A stretch of 64,000 bases of DNA from Botryllus schlosseri. Lineage: Eukaryota. The translations under genes were made by a program, and so were the position numbers. The stretch is taken from contig CM119378.1 of assembly GCA_051294905.1 (NCBI GenBank), positions 9,796,001-9,860,000 of the forward strand, in the 5' to 3' direction. The notes under the pieces were generated by a model that saw only the letters and a program-made list of their open reading frames with translations, ran no database searches and had not been told where the DNA came from. Below are positions 10,697 to 23,800 of the stretch, in pieces. Numbering within the stretch: position 1 is the stretch's first letter; each line of letters opens with the position of its first letter.

Positions 10697-13600
10697 GACC
10701 ACTGTGATTCTAATAGAATTCTCAGGAACTATATATGTTCAGGTGAAACACAAAAAACATCAGGAACATCATTAAATTTTTCAGTTTGGAATTTCTAACA
10801 GAATCCCGAAAACCGCTTGCCAGATTTGACAATAGTTTTTTGTAACAGGTTATCGGGATATCTGATCATGAATGCGACACAATCAGTAGACACAGGTACC
10901 CAACTGTAAAACAGATTTGAAATAAAAATGGTTTGAAATAACTCAGGAATAGGAACAGACCAGAATCACAACCAATACGATGAAATGTCCCGTTGTTCAA
11001 TACATAGACACACTTGAATTTCCGACATACTCGATACATATATAATTGAAGAAATACCCATGTTGGGACCCTAAAGGAAGATATTCAACCCCATCTATGG
11101 ACGTAAGTACCCTTATGAAAGATATCTTGACAAACAATAAGCTTCGGAATAACTCAGGAACAGAACAGAATCCGAATGAATTCGGTGGAATATCGCGTCG
11201 TTCAATACATAGACACACGCTGGAATTTCCTACAAAATCGATACATATATAATTGAAGAATAACCCATGTTGGGACCCTAAAGGAAGATATTCACCCCCA
11301 TCTATGGACGTAAGTACCCTTATGAAAGATATATTGATAAACAATAAGCTTCGGAATAACTCAGGAACAGAACAGAATCCGAATCAATTCGGTGGAATAT
11401 CGCGTCGTTCAATACATAGACACACTTGAATTTCCTACAAAATCGATACATATATAATTGAAGAATTATCCATGTTGGGACCCTAAAGGAAGATACTCAC
11501 CCCCATGAGTGGACGTAAGTACCCCTAATAAAGAATTATTCACGCATATTCGGGTTCGAAGGAACTCAGGAACAGAACAGAATCCGAATGAATTCGGTGG
11601 AATAACGCGTCCTTCAATATATAGACACACTTGAATTTCCGACAAACTCGACACATATACAATTGAAGAATAACCCATGTTGGGACCCTAAAGGAAGATA
11701 TTCACCCCCATGAGTGGACGTAAGTACCTCTAATAAAGAATTATTCACGAGTATTCGGGTTCGGAAGAACTCAGGAACATAACAGAATCCGAATGAATTC
11801 GGTGGAATAACGCGTCCTTCAATATATAGACACACTTGAATTTCCGACAAACTCGACACATATACAATTAAAGAATAACCCATGTTGGGAACCTAAAGGA
11901 AGATATTCACCCCCATGAGTGGACGTAAGTACCCCTAATAAAGAATTATTCACGCGTATTTGGGTTCGGAAGAACTCAGGAACAGAACAGAATCCGAATG
12001 AATTCGGTGGAATAACGCGTCCTTCAATATATAGACACACTTGAATTTCCGACAAACTCGACACATATACAATTGAAGAATAACCCATGTTGGGACCCTA
12101 AAGGAAGATATTCACCCCCATCTATGGATGTAAGTACCCTTATGAAAGATATATTGACAAACAATAAGCTTCGGAATAACTCAGGAACAGAACAGAATCC
12201 AAATCAATTCGGTGGAATATCGCGTCGTTCAATACATAGACACACGCTGGAATTTCCTACAAAATCGATACATATACAATTGAAGAATAACCCATGTTGG
12301 GACCCTAAAGGAAGATATTCACCCCCATCTATGGACGTAAGTACCCTTATGAAAGATATATTGACAAACAATAAGCTTCGGAATAACTCAGGAACAGAAC
12401 AGAATCCGAATGAATTCGGTGGAATATCGCGTCGTTCAATACATAGACACACGCTGAAATTTCCTACAAAATCGATACATATATAATTGAAGAATAACCC
12501 ATGTTGGGACCCTAAAGGAAGATATTCACCCCCATGAGTGGACGTAAGTACCCCTAATAAAGAATTATTCACGAGTATTCGGGTTCGGAAGAACTCAGGA
12601 ACAGAACAGAATCCGAATGAATTCGGTGGAATAACGCGTCCTTCAATATATAGACACACTTGAATTTCCGACAAACTCGACACATATACAATTGAAGAAT
12701 AACCCATGTTGGGACCCTAAAGGAAGATATTCACCCCCATGAGTGGACGTAAGTACCTCTAATAAAGAATTATTCACGAGTATTCGGGTTCGGAAGAACT
12801 AAGGAACATAACAGAATCCGAATGAATTCCATGGAATAACGCGTCCTTCAATATATAGACAAACTTGAATTTCCGACAAACTCGACACATATACAATTGA
12901 AGAATAACCCATGTTGGGACCCTAAAGGAAGATATTCACCCACACGAGTGGACGTAAGTACCCCTAATAAAGAATTATTCACGCGTATTCGGGTTCGGAA
13001 GAACTCAGGAACAGAACAGAATCCGAATGAATTCGGTGGAATAACGCGTCCTTCAATATATAGACACACTTGAATTTCCGACAAACTCGACACATATACA
13101 ATTGAAGAATAACCCATGTTGGGACCCTAAAGGAAGATATTCACCCCCATCTATGGACGCAAGTACCCTTATGAAAGATATATTGACAAACAATAAGCTT
13201 CGGAATAACTCAGGAACAGAACAGAATCCGAATCAATTCGGTGGAATATCGCGTCGTTCAATACATAGACACACTTGAATTTCCTACAAAATCGATACAT
13301 ATATAATTGAAGAATTATCCATGTTGGGACCCTAAAGTAAGATACTCACCCCCATGAGTGGACGTAAGTACCCCTAATAAAGAATTATTCACGCGTATTC
13401 GGGTTCGGAAGAACTCAGGAACAGAACAGAATCCGAATGAATTCGGTGGAATAACGCGTCCTTCAATATATAGACACACTTGAATTTCCGACAAACTCGA
13501 CACATATACAATTGAAGAATAACCCATGTTGGGACCCTAAAGGAAGATATTCACCCCCATGAGTGGACGTAAGTACCTCTAATAAAGAATTATTCACGAG

Positions 13601-14280
13601 TATTCGGGTTCGGAAAAACTCAGGAACATAACAGAATCCGAATGAATTCGGTGGAATAACGCGTCCTTCAATATATAGACAAACTTGAATTTCCGACAAA
13701 CTCGACACATATACAATTGAAGAATAACCCATGTTGGGACCCTAAAGGAAGATATTCACCCCCATGAGTGGACGTAAGTACCCCTAATAAAGAATTATTC
13801 ATGCGTATTCGGGTTCGGAAGAACTCAGGAACAGAACAGAATCCGAATGAATTCGGTGGAATAACGCGTCCTTCAATATATAGACACACTTGAATTTCCG
13901 ACAAACTCGACACATATACAATTGAAGAATAACCCATGTTGGGACCCTAAAGGAAGATATTCACCCCCATGAGTGGACGTAAGTACCCCTAATAAAGAAT
14001 TATTCACGAGTATTCAGGTTCGGAAGAACTCAGGAACAGAACAGAATCCGAATGAATTCGGTGGAATAACGCGTCCTTCAATATATAGACACACTTGAAT
14101 TTCCGACAAACTCGACACATATACAATTGAAGAATAACCCATGTTGGGACCCTAACGGAAGATATTCACCCCCATCTATGGATGTAAGTACACTTATGAA
14201 AGATATATTGACAAACAATAAGCTTCGGAATAACTCAGGAACAGAACAGAATCCAATCGAATTCGGTGGAATATCCCGTT
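10697..14280 (+). repeat. Left arm: ~345-bp terminal segment plus ~16 tandem copies of a ~205-bp monomer
   Basis: AATTGAAGAATAACCCATGTTGGGACCC recurs every 205-207 bp from ~11043; two monomer types (A, B). Confidence 0.95.
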
Positions 14281-14781
14281 AGTCAATATAATAATACTTC
14301 AAGTTACTCCTACAACGTGATATGTACAATTCATTTATGTTGTTGTACATGATAACTAACCAAATTAGCGCCGGCTTTGCATCGAACACAATTTCTTTTT
14401 TAAAACAGTTCCAAGAATATATAATCTACTAGTTAGAGTATAACGAAAAGTAACGATATAGCTTGTGAAATTGTGTTTCCAAATGTATAGGTGGAGGGGG
14501 GTATATTCAGTTTATTTTCGTCTACTCCTTCGGTATAATTTACCAATGTAGATGAGCAGGCACCGTTGGTTGGATAACTAGCCAGCATTCTATCTAGGAT
14601 TTCAGAAAACTTTGAAATATAGTCGCTCTTATGATCAAGTATAGTGCGGCGCGGATGGACAAATACTCTGATCTTATCTTTTCAATTCTCTGGCCCTACT
14701 TCGGTCCAACTCTAAGGTCGGATTATTGAAATGACCGTGATCCTATCGTAAAACCCCGATATTATTCATTTACTCACACGG

Positions 14782-16389
14782 CAGTGTTGGGATCAAGTCA
14801 CTACCTTCGAGTCACGAGTCATCTCGAGTCATTGCACATTTTGACTCGAGTCAAATTAAGTCAATCGATTTTCGAAGGTGACTTGAGTCAAGTCAAATCA
14901 CTTATTTTTTGGAGGTGGCTTGAGTCGAATCAAGTCGAGTCAAGTTAAGTCACGAGTAAAGTCACAATTCAAGTCAAATGGAATTTTCGAAGTATGAGTG
15001 ATAAGTCAAAGTCATTAACATCACTCGTTGCGTGAAAGCCAGATTAATTGAATTAAATTTGATTGAATCAAACAACGAATATAAATTTAAATACCTGAGT
15101 AACCGTGTAGCTGAATGCCACAGTCTGGTAGTATCAGCAGAACTAGGCAGTGGTTCTCAACCTTTTTGTCTCCGCGGACCCCTTGGACCTGTCACAGACC
15201 CCCACGGACCCCCAAGTTTTAGATCGGATCTAGCTCGATTATCGAGTAACCGTTATCTGCCTTGTGCAAATATCGACCTTATGCTAGGGATCAAGCAACC
15301 AGAATGCTAACACTCCCAACGGATTGTCTGATAGCATGCAAGGTTATGGTTGACGAAGAGAGATTTCTAAAATATGAAATCTGAAGTTTTAAGCAGAGCA
15401 ATAACTACCAATGGCATGTACATCGCGCGAAGCGTTAACAAATTTTCAGTTCAGTGCAGCTTTGCGCCCCACTTCAGATGCTTTCACCTATCCTAGTTTG
15501 AGAACCAAAACAGATGAATGTGGAGGGTTGCAAATACTACGAAATCACCGTGATGGACCTTACTACTTCCATTTTTTATTCTTTCCCCAAACCCCCACAA
15601 AACATTTCTGAGCAGCAATATGTTTGTATCAGTAGGCTGTTGGAAATTAAATTGAGTTCGCGGTGTAGGTTATTTGATCTCCGACGGTCATTCTGATTAT
15701 GTAAGTCATGAAGTTTTGGTAGTAATAAAGTGAAACTGCCTCGTGATATCCCTAATTAGACAAAAATCCACCCTTTTGCAGATTTAGAGGTCTCGTGGAC
15801 CCCCTGCAAATGCTTCGCGGACCCCCAGGTGTCCGTAGAGCCCGGTTGAGAATCACTGAACTAGAGGATCGAATAAGAATCTGCGAGAAGTGATACAAAT
15901 TGATATTGTACAATACAATACCCATCTACACATACATGAGAATACAAACGCATCAACATATTCGTTTGAATCAAACTATACAAGAGGGTTGGTAAAGAGC
16001 AGCACCGCGCAATGTGAGCATCGAGCCGTCTGAGAAACAGAGATAGCCTACGTTGCTGTTAGATTAATCTGCTTCTACTATGACAGCGTAGGCTGTGATC
16101 ATTTCGTTTCCGGAGAATTTATTTGAGATGTAACAATGGAGGTCCAGTGAGAGGTACAAGTACAATCAGTGAATGACTGGTTGCTCTCAGGACAGTCACG
16201 AGTGACACCGGCGTATATCGAACAATCGTAACATATTTAAGATTCGGGGATTTAATCGACACTGTGTACTTGATGACTTGAAATTTACTCGTAAATTTTA
16301 CTTCGAGTCACGAGTCAATCCACATTTTTGAAAGGCCGAGTCAAGTCAAGTCATATACGAAAAGGTTGAATCGAGTCATCCCAACACTG
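14782..16389. mobile_element. hAT MITE (GAGTCAAGTC family) nested inside the giant element
   Basis: TIRs CAGTGTTGGGAT / ATCCCAACACTG; perfect 8-bp TSD TCACACGG (14774-14781, 16390-16397). Confidence 0.9.
15148..15858. mobile_element. Second hAT (Charlie-like) MITE nested in the previous one
   Basis: TIRs CAGTGGTTCTCAACC / GGTTGAGAATCACTG; imperfect CTAG-centred flanks (AACTAGG / AACTAGAG). Confidence 0.75.
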
Positions 16390-19300
16390 TCACACGGTGG
16401 TTTTGAATATTGATTGAAACAAAACAAACAGGAAATAAAAAAAAATAAAGAACAACCCCAACCCTAATCTGAAGTAGCCTAGCTATGTCAACTTGGACTT
16501 AGCATGTGGTTTATTTCTATGAATTGCTGTTCAGTGCAACTATTGATGCCAGGGCGGAAGAGGATAAGGCTGCCCTTTTCTTTGTGAAAAAGCACTGGTG
16601 TAGCTCCAATCCGGCTCCGGCAGAAATATATAAAATCCACCCGAATATACAAACCCGGCTTCGATCCGTACCTCGCTTTAGATTCCACCCACGAGCAAGC
16701 GACCAAGAAGCCGAACCCTCCACCTCTGCGCTATCTCAGGGGTAAATACAGGACGTCATACGGGGAGAGGCATATGTGAGGCACCTCGTGTGTATGGTTG
16801 GTACTTGCATGGCTGACCGGATAAGAATACCGCGTGCCGTAGGCTTTTCAAATTTTCGAACGAAGTCGTTTTTTATTGCTTTACTGAATTTTTATGATTA
16901 CCTCTGTTCTTTTGGCTCACGTACAAATATTAATTTAATAATTTTGCCGCCACTTTCAATCGTGCACTCGCGCGGAATTTGTAGTAACACATTTTCGTTT
17001 TATCGCAGTCTCGTGGTGTTTTGATATGATGAAAGTTGCAATTATATGACGATATCAGTATAATCTGGTGCTGTTTCGACCATATACATACAAGAACAGA
17101 GCGTGATACGAATATTCCTCGTTTGAATGATCCTGACAGTTACAGACTGTTCAACGTTATAGGCTAGTAATTGATCGTTTACAACATTTGACCACCACTC
17201 ACTACGCAATCGGCATATTAATTGTTCAGAAATATATAGTGAAAGAAGAGACGAGACACAGTTGAAGAACAAACGAGCCCAACATCCACCTGATTGCAGA
17301 CGAAATTGTGTTCCCGCGGTGGTGATATCATACTTTGACAGAGCGACGCGTTCTCTATTAAATTCTGCTGATCATGTGGTAATTGAACGAGAGGACGCGC
17401 GTATGTTTTTCTTCACGTGCCTTAATTCCGAAGTGTAGAAGTCGTGGGATTTTTCCGACATTGACCACGATGAAGCTGATACATATAACTAGACGATTTC
17501 TAGATTCCTCGTGTCTTTATATGTTCAGAATACCAGAGTCGTTGAGTAGCGATTCATGACAGGCCTTAGCGAGCCTAAGCAATGAAACGGAGAGCCTGAT
17601 TTTGTAGTTTTGATGGGAATAAACATGGATAGAGTATGTCGAAGCCAAAGCGACAGCGGACAGTGAGCGTCTAAGTCGGCGGAACAGTCCACATTTTTGG
17701 TAATCGTGTTTTCGCGACAGTATGTATTTCGCACAGGCCTATTTAACGTAGGAAGTATATTTATCACTGACCAAGTGACCACTGACCAGTGACCACTGAC
17801 CAGCGATGTCAATGTTCAGTTTGTCACATAATCTCGTGACCATGACGAATCATTGGGATTTACTTACATTGACACAAAGGCTGTTATGGGCCTATTGTGA
17901 ACTTGAGGCATTTATTTTGGGGTGAGGGCATTCAGCCTAAAATGCGCATTGCGCGTTCAGGCCCAATCCGCCAAAAGACACATCGTTGTCACAGCATGCT
18001 GCAATGTATTAAATACATATATATCTACTGTATTGGATGATGCTGTTATCATACTAATATCTTCCATAATATCATGCATCCGCATTTCTAACGTAATCAT
18101 AAAAACTATAGCACCGGTGCCCGTCACCAGTATCAGATGAATATTTAGCAATTCTTGGTAGGAACAAATACCTTTTGCTCTTAAGTCAGATTTTACGTAG
18201 TTTCGAATTATTTTCTTTGCCGTAAGACGAATAGTTCGCAATATTGTCCTCAAACTCTGGAGGCATGTATTCCACATGTAGTGTATAATTGTATCACGAT
18301 TACCATTTGAATATGCCGTGAGTTATAGTATTACTAACCTATACGTAGGTTAGTAATCTATAGTTATAGGCCTACAATGTCGGGCTGATGATGTTGCCGT
18401 TGAGTACTGAGTAGTTTTGTTCTCGTGGCTAAGAGTCGGATACATGGATATTCTACAGTTCATGAAACTTACGATGGAGCGACAAAATAACATCATGCTA
18501 TCTGTAACCACTACCCGTAGTCCCGTGATGTCAATGTCATCACCTCGTACTATTCCATTATAATTCGCCGTTGATACTATTCATTTTATGATCGTTAAAG
18601 ATATATCTTTCGTGTCTCTAAAGTTTAATAACAATTTATCCGACTATTCGTGGTATGACAATGCAAAACATTCCGTTAATGGAACATCAGACTTCAGCAC
18701 AAATTATTTATTATGTACTGATGGCGAGTACTGGTTGTGTAAGATCGCGATCGTAACCGTAAGTGTATTCTATATTGCATCACGTTCTGACAAGAACATG
18801 CATTTGTCTAATTAGGCGCCATATTGTCTGCCCGAGTCGCCGCGGATTTAGTTGATTCTTGTCAAGATCGCTATTTGTAGCCGGCAGCTTGTGCGTGGAT
18901 TTTCTGTTACATGCTTCTGCAATCTACATCCATCCTCCATTCGTATCTACATATTCTGATACTTGGTTGTATGTAGAAGTGATAAAACAGATCGAACGTT
19001 GTGAGGGATGATTAACCAGTTTTGCGAATCCATTGTAAGCCTTTCTGGTGGAATATATCAATACGATTTAGGAATAGCATACGCAGCCAACGCTGAATAT
19101 TACAGTTGCCATCATGAATTCAGTTACCAAACATGCTCACAGTACAATTTTCACAATATATTTTCGGCCAAACCATCAGAAAGGTGGATGGATACGGTCT
19201 TTGGTCTCCCCACGGCTTTACTCGGAAAACGCATGCTTCAACGCCGCGTTTGAGCTCGACACTGCCTTTGAATACCATGACCTGCGAAGTAGCCTACAAC

Positions 19301-20896
19301 TCGAGAGAGCGCTAAGCACGACTCCCGCCGAACTCAAAACTAGTTCCCTCGCTTCGAGTTTGCAATGCCGAATCATGCGCAATTTTGACGCAACATGAGT
19401 TTGAGCACTGAGTAAGGTTTCTTGGACATGGGTGTGTGTGTTGCAATACATTATATATAGGTTATGTATTTCTGAGCAAGCACCAACGCAGTGACGTGAT
19501 CAACTTGATCTCGGTCAACTATTGAATATTGAAGTTCATTTCAGACGCTGATTCACACGCGTATAATGTATAATGCAGGTCTCGGGCCGCAAAATAATGA
19601 CTACGCGATCCGCGAGTTGGTGACCATTATCCTAAAGCAGGGGTTCTTAATCGGTATTCACGGGCCCCTTGGGGAGCAGACTAGTTTCATGGATTCCGTG
19701 AAAGGACACTCGATTTTTGAATCCGTGAGTGAGACCACTAATCTGTAAATTGGGCATAATGATGAAGCGGTTTACTGTTGTCACTGACATGATTCTTACT
19801 TACCCTAACTTTTTTTGGGGGTGCATATTTTTTCAATATATATTGAAAAAAATTGTGGCCCATAATCGCCAGACAATTAATCGGGTCTGTAGCAGTCGCA
19901 TCCGAAAATCTCCATTTAGAGGCATTCCAGAATCAGTTCGTAAATGAACATGACGTAAAATATTCGTGAGCGGATCTATTTAACGTGAAATTTTACTTCA
20001 TTATACGCGCGATTTTGTGTCACTAGATTTCATGATGTTGATGTTGGTCCCATAAGTTCAGTCTATACTCCGTTTAATACACTCTTAGTTTATGTTTAAG
20101 AGGCCTCAGTGGAAACGGATCTCAAAGTTACTTCTGTCCCAATGTCTGCATGTCATTTCGACTGATGCGATGAGTGCACCTGCACATGTTATCGGAGACA
20201 GTAGTTGGTATTGTTCACAAAGGTGCTCCGTAACGAAGTATTTCTACATCCGAGTACTAGAATGCGTTTGGTCTACTTGCCGTACTTGCTCAAGTGAATA
20301 TGTTTTTAGACTACTTCCTCTTTTGCTTTAAAACTTTGCTAGCAAATCTAGTGACATTTTACACGTTAGATTTTGAAAAGTGCAACGTATAGTTTGGAGC
20401 AATTTTATGCGTGAAAACGTCATAAGCACCTCACAAAATACCGTTTACAGTAACTGATAAATATATTTTCAAAGATGGTACCAATTGGTAGCGAGTAGCT
20501 ACATTTGAGATTTTGCGTTAGTCGAGATTATGTATATGGCAATTTCCAAAATAGCCACTTCCGATAAAATACCACAAAAGTATGTGAATCCTAACCAATC
20601 TACTCTTTGAAGCTATTGGCTCGAGCATCTTGCAGACTATCATATTCCACTCCCATTTAAAGTAGTTTTGGAATGTCTTGGAACTCGGTACTTTTACTTG
20701 TATTTGAGAATCTACTTATGGCGTTACTTCGACGTAACTACCGACGCCGACTATACTTCTTTGAATTCATCTGATTGTTGAGCGCGCAAACGTATTCAAC
20801 TGCGAAATTAGGTATAATATATTTAATGCAATGCTACAATCATCAAGAAATATTATCCTATTAAATCGAATTTTTTGAAACTTTGAAGATCGGGAA

Positions 20897-23800
20897 GTGT
20901 GTAGAAGCATTTCAACTATTTATTTCGACAAACAGATGATTTCTGGATATTATTGCGTAGTTACAGGAGGTGGAGGCAATCATGATTCGAATATCGTAGA
21001 TTCGATTGTGCAACATTGCGTACAAAATGGTATCAATTTGATAGACAACTTTGACAATGTCAGTATGCAGACTTTTCTGTCAAAATACAAGATATGGGAA
21101 AAAGACAAAAACCGACTCTGGAGGCTTGAAGCGTTTGTTCAAAAACACAAAACGACCCTCCAAGCTAGGATATCTGAAAAACCGCAGTCGACGAGTGGTA
21201 CTGAAGAATCGCCAAGGACTTACCTCAAAAATAAACATTTGAAAGTTTCGAAACGACAGTTATATAAAATTCGGCATTTATTCCTCACAAGGGAAAAGCC
21301 ACGCGACCCTGATCCTGAAAGCTCAGACCATGACACGGGAAGGTGCTTATTTGACTTGGAGGAAGATGTATATGAAAATGAATATTTGGAATCTTCTACT
21401 TCGGAAGAAGTATTTTGTTTTTGTAAAATGCCATACAATGATGGTGACTTCATGGTACTTTGTCAAATCTGTAACTGCTGGTTCCACCCTCACTGTATCT
21501 TCGATCAGGACAGTTTAGAGGTTACTTTCGAGGATATTCAATGGGGAAGGTGCAACTTGGTCTGTGACAAGTTTAATGTAGCCGATTGCAACGACCGCGT
21601 CAATCGCTCCTGGCACACGTTCTTCCATAAAACTTCTCAAGTGTCTCCTAGCTCCGATTCTGAGACCACAATATGTTACCAAATTTCCAAGCCAGACATT
21701 TGTGATTCTCCGGAAAAAATCCCATTACCTGACGACTTGGATGTTTCACGGCAGACGCCAACGATTTCAGTTACCGAAGATTCATTCGATCCGTGCTCTG
21801 AATCAGATACTTTGGATTTTAATCAAGCGCTCCAAACAAACACCACTAACATTTCCACGGCAGAGCCTCCATCGTGCGACAACGAACCATCACTTCCATC
21901 GCAGAAGCGAAAGGCCCCAGTTGAACAATTGACATCAAGTTATTTTTGCGAAAGTGACGACGATTCATGGATAAAGCACGACACTTTAAAAAATCTCGGC
22001 AGCTTTAGCAAGGACTTGGTTTTGGCAGAGGAAGATATTAACATGACACATTCGTGGTCAATAACTACCGAGGAATGGTCTCAAATGAGTGAGGGACGAT
22101 CAAAACATCGCTTCGACAAAGGATCGCATTACTATATTGCAATGTTTCGCCACGTAAAATCAGTTTACGATAAGTGTGTGCCAGTAGTGAAGAATCACTA
22201 CCTGAAGGCGCCAAGAGTGACTCCTTTCGAAGCAAGTGACAATGACTTGTATCACGAAGGATACATAAACTTTTGCTGTGCTCACCATAATTGCTGTGAA
22301 TGCCAAGTCAGTGGGCTTATTGATATTTACAACACTCAAACAAGCGTGTTGTGCGATTTGACAATTACAGGCGTGCTTAAGCATTCCAATAATTGTGCAC
22401 GTTCACGGCCAGTTCGGGGACCCGAGAAAGAGATGTTGCAGAAACAACTTGATGGAAGATCCGCAACCAAGGTGAACCGAGAGCTAAGAGATCAGTTATC
22501 GGAAACGGAGCGAACGTTTGGCTCTCATATTAACGCTCCTAACCCTTCAGTTTTGAGACAGTTGAAAAGTAAAATCGATGAGCCTGACGACTGGACAACA
22601 GATATGTTCACCAACTTGAAATTATTGGCAGAACGATATCGTGATAGCGGGTCACATTTCATCAGACATTGGGAGGGGTTTCCTTCACCCGGAATAACAC
22701 TCTTCAGCAAACGTCAACTCCAGCTTTTTCGGGACATCTGTCGGAAAGACATGCTTTATTTCGACTCGACATCGGGGATAACAAAATCCAAATCCGGTCA
22801 GCCGATGTATCAAATTTACACTTTGCTCGTGCGCTGTCCCTATAAAGGACATGCTGGACTACCTATTGCAGCCTACATCTCGGCATCACACACCACACAC
22901 AGCATAATAACATTTCTAGGACGTTTCAAAGAAGCTCTACCGCCCAAATCTACTCCTAGAATGGTATTGATAGACGGTGCACTTGCATTATGGAATGCAA
23001 TGCTGGCCGTCTATTGTGGCGAAACCAGATTAAAATATTACGAGCGGGTCTACCGGATCGTAACGGGCACGGCTCATGAAGGTGACATGGATCTTACATT
23101 TGTCCTCAATTGTCTGAGTCATTGCATGAAAGCAGCATCGCTTATGTGTAAAAAGTATTACATCATCAAATACCGAAAGGAGGCCATGTATTGGATCAGT
23201 CTATTGTTTTTGTCCAGTACTATTGAAGAATTGGATTCCATTATTTGGAATTTGTGTGGCATCCTTCTTCCGCGCCAGAAATCTGCAGGTGTTTTATCTA
23301 GTTACAGGAGTCTGATAGAACACCAAAGCGTGAAACGAGTCTACCCTCCACCAATTGAAAACGAGGAATTCGATCCGCACGCTAACAATGGAGATTTTTT
23401 TCCAACGTGGATTCGCTTGATCGAAAGCAGGAGTTGGAGTCGCCATTTAACGCAAGATACAAAAAACTTATCTGGGAATTTAAAAACAGCAAGGAATATA
23501 AAGAAGGAAACAACGCTGACCAGTGGACAGAAAGAAATCCGTACTTCTCCGAAGATTTCCTCGACAAGCTGCAGACAATAATTTTCCCGAGACTTGGTGC
23601 CACATCAGCACTTCTCCTTGGCGATTTATCAAGGCATGCGGCTGACGTAGACGACGATTCACAGTACGCAAATACAGCAAATACTATCGTGCGATTGAAA
23701 CGCAAAGCACAAAAAAAGGCGTACAATCCATCTGCTCTGCGAATCGCACGCAAGGTATTGTGGAAGAACATTTTTTCCAGTTGAAAAATATATACTTTGC

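Noticed and set aside
10700-10760. RSS-like heptamer CACTGTG/CACAGTG at both element ends (Transib/ProtoRAG?)
   Set aside because: The heptamer is 3 bp inside the terminus, the only nonamer-like ACAAAAAAC is ~43 bp away (not 12 or 23), and the transposase motifs are MULE-like, not RAG1-like.
10997-13937. Many 70-167-aa ORFs (MGYSSIVYV..., MKNNPCWDPK...) in both arrays
   Set aside because: By-products of a ~205-bp monomer that is not a multiple of 3; the frame shifts each unit and stops recur at the same monomer position.
11043-14280. CRISPR-like array
   Set aside because: Whole units are repeated with no unique spacers; eukaryotic context; no cas genes.
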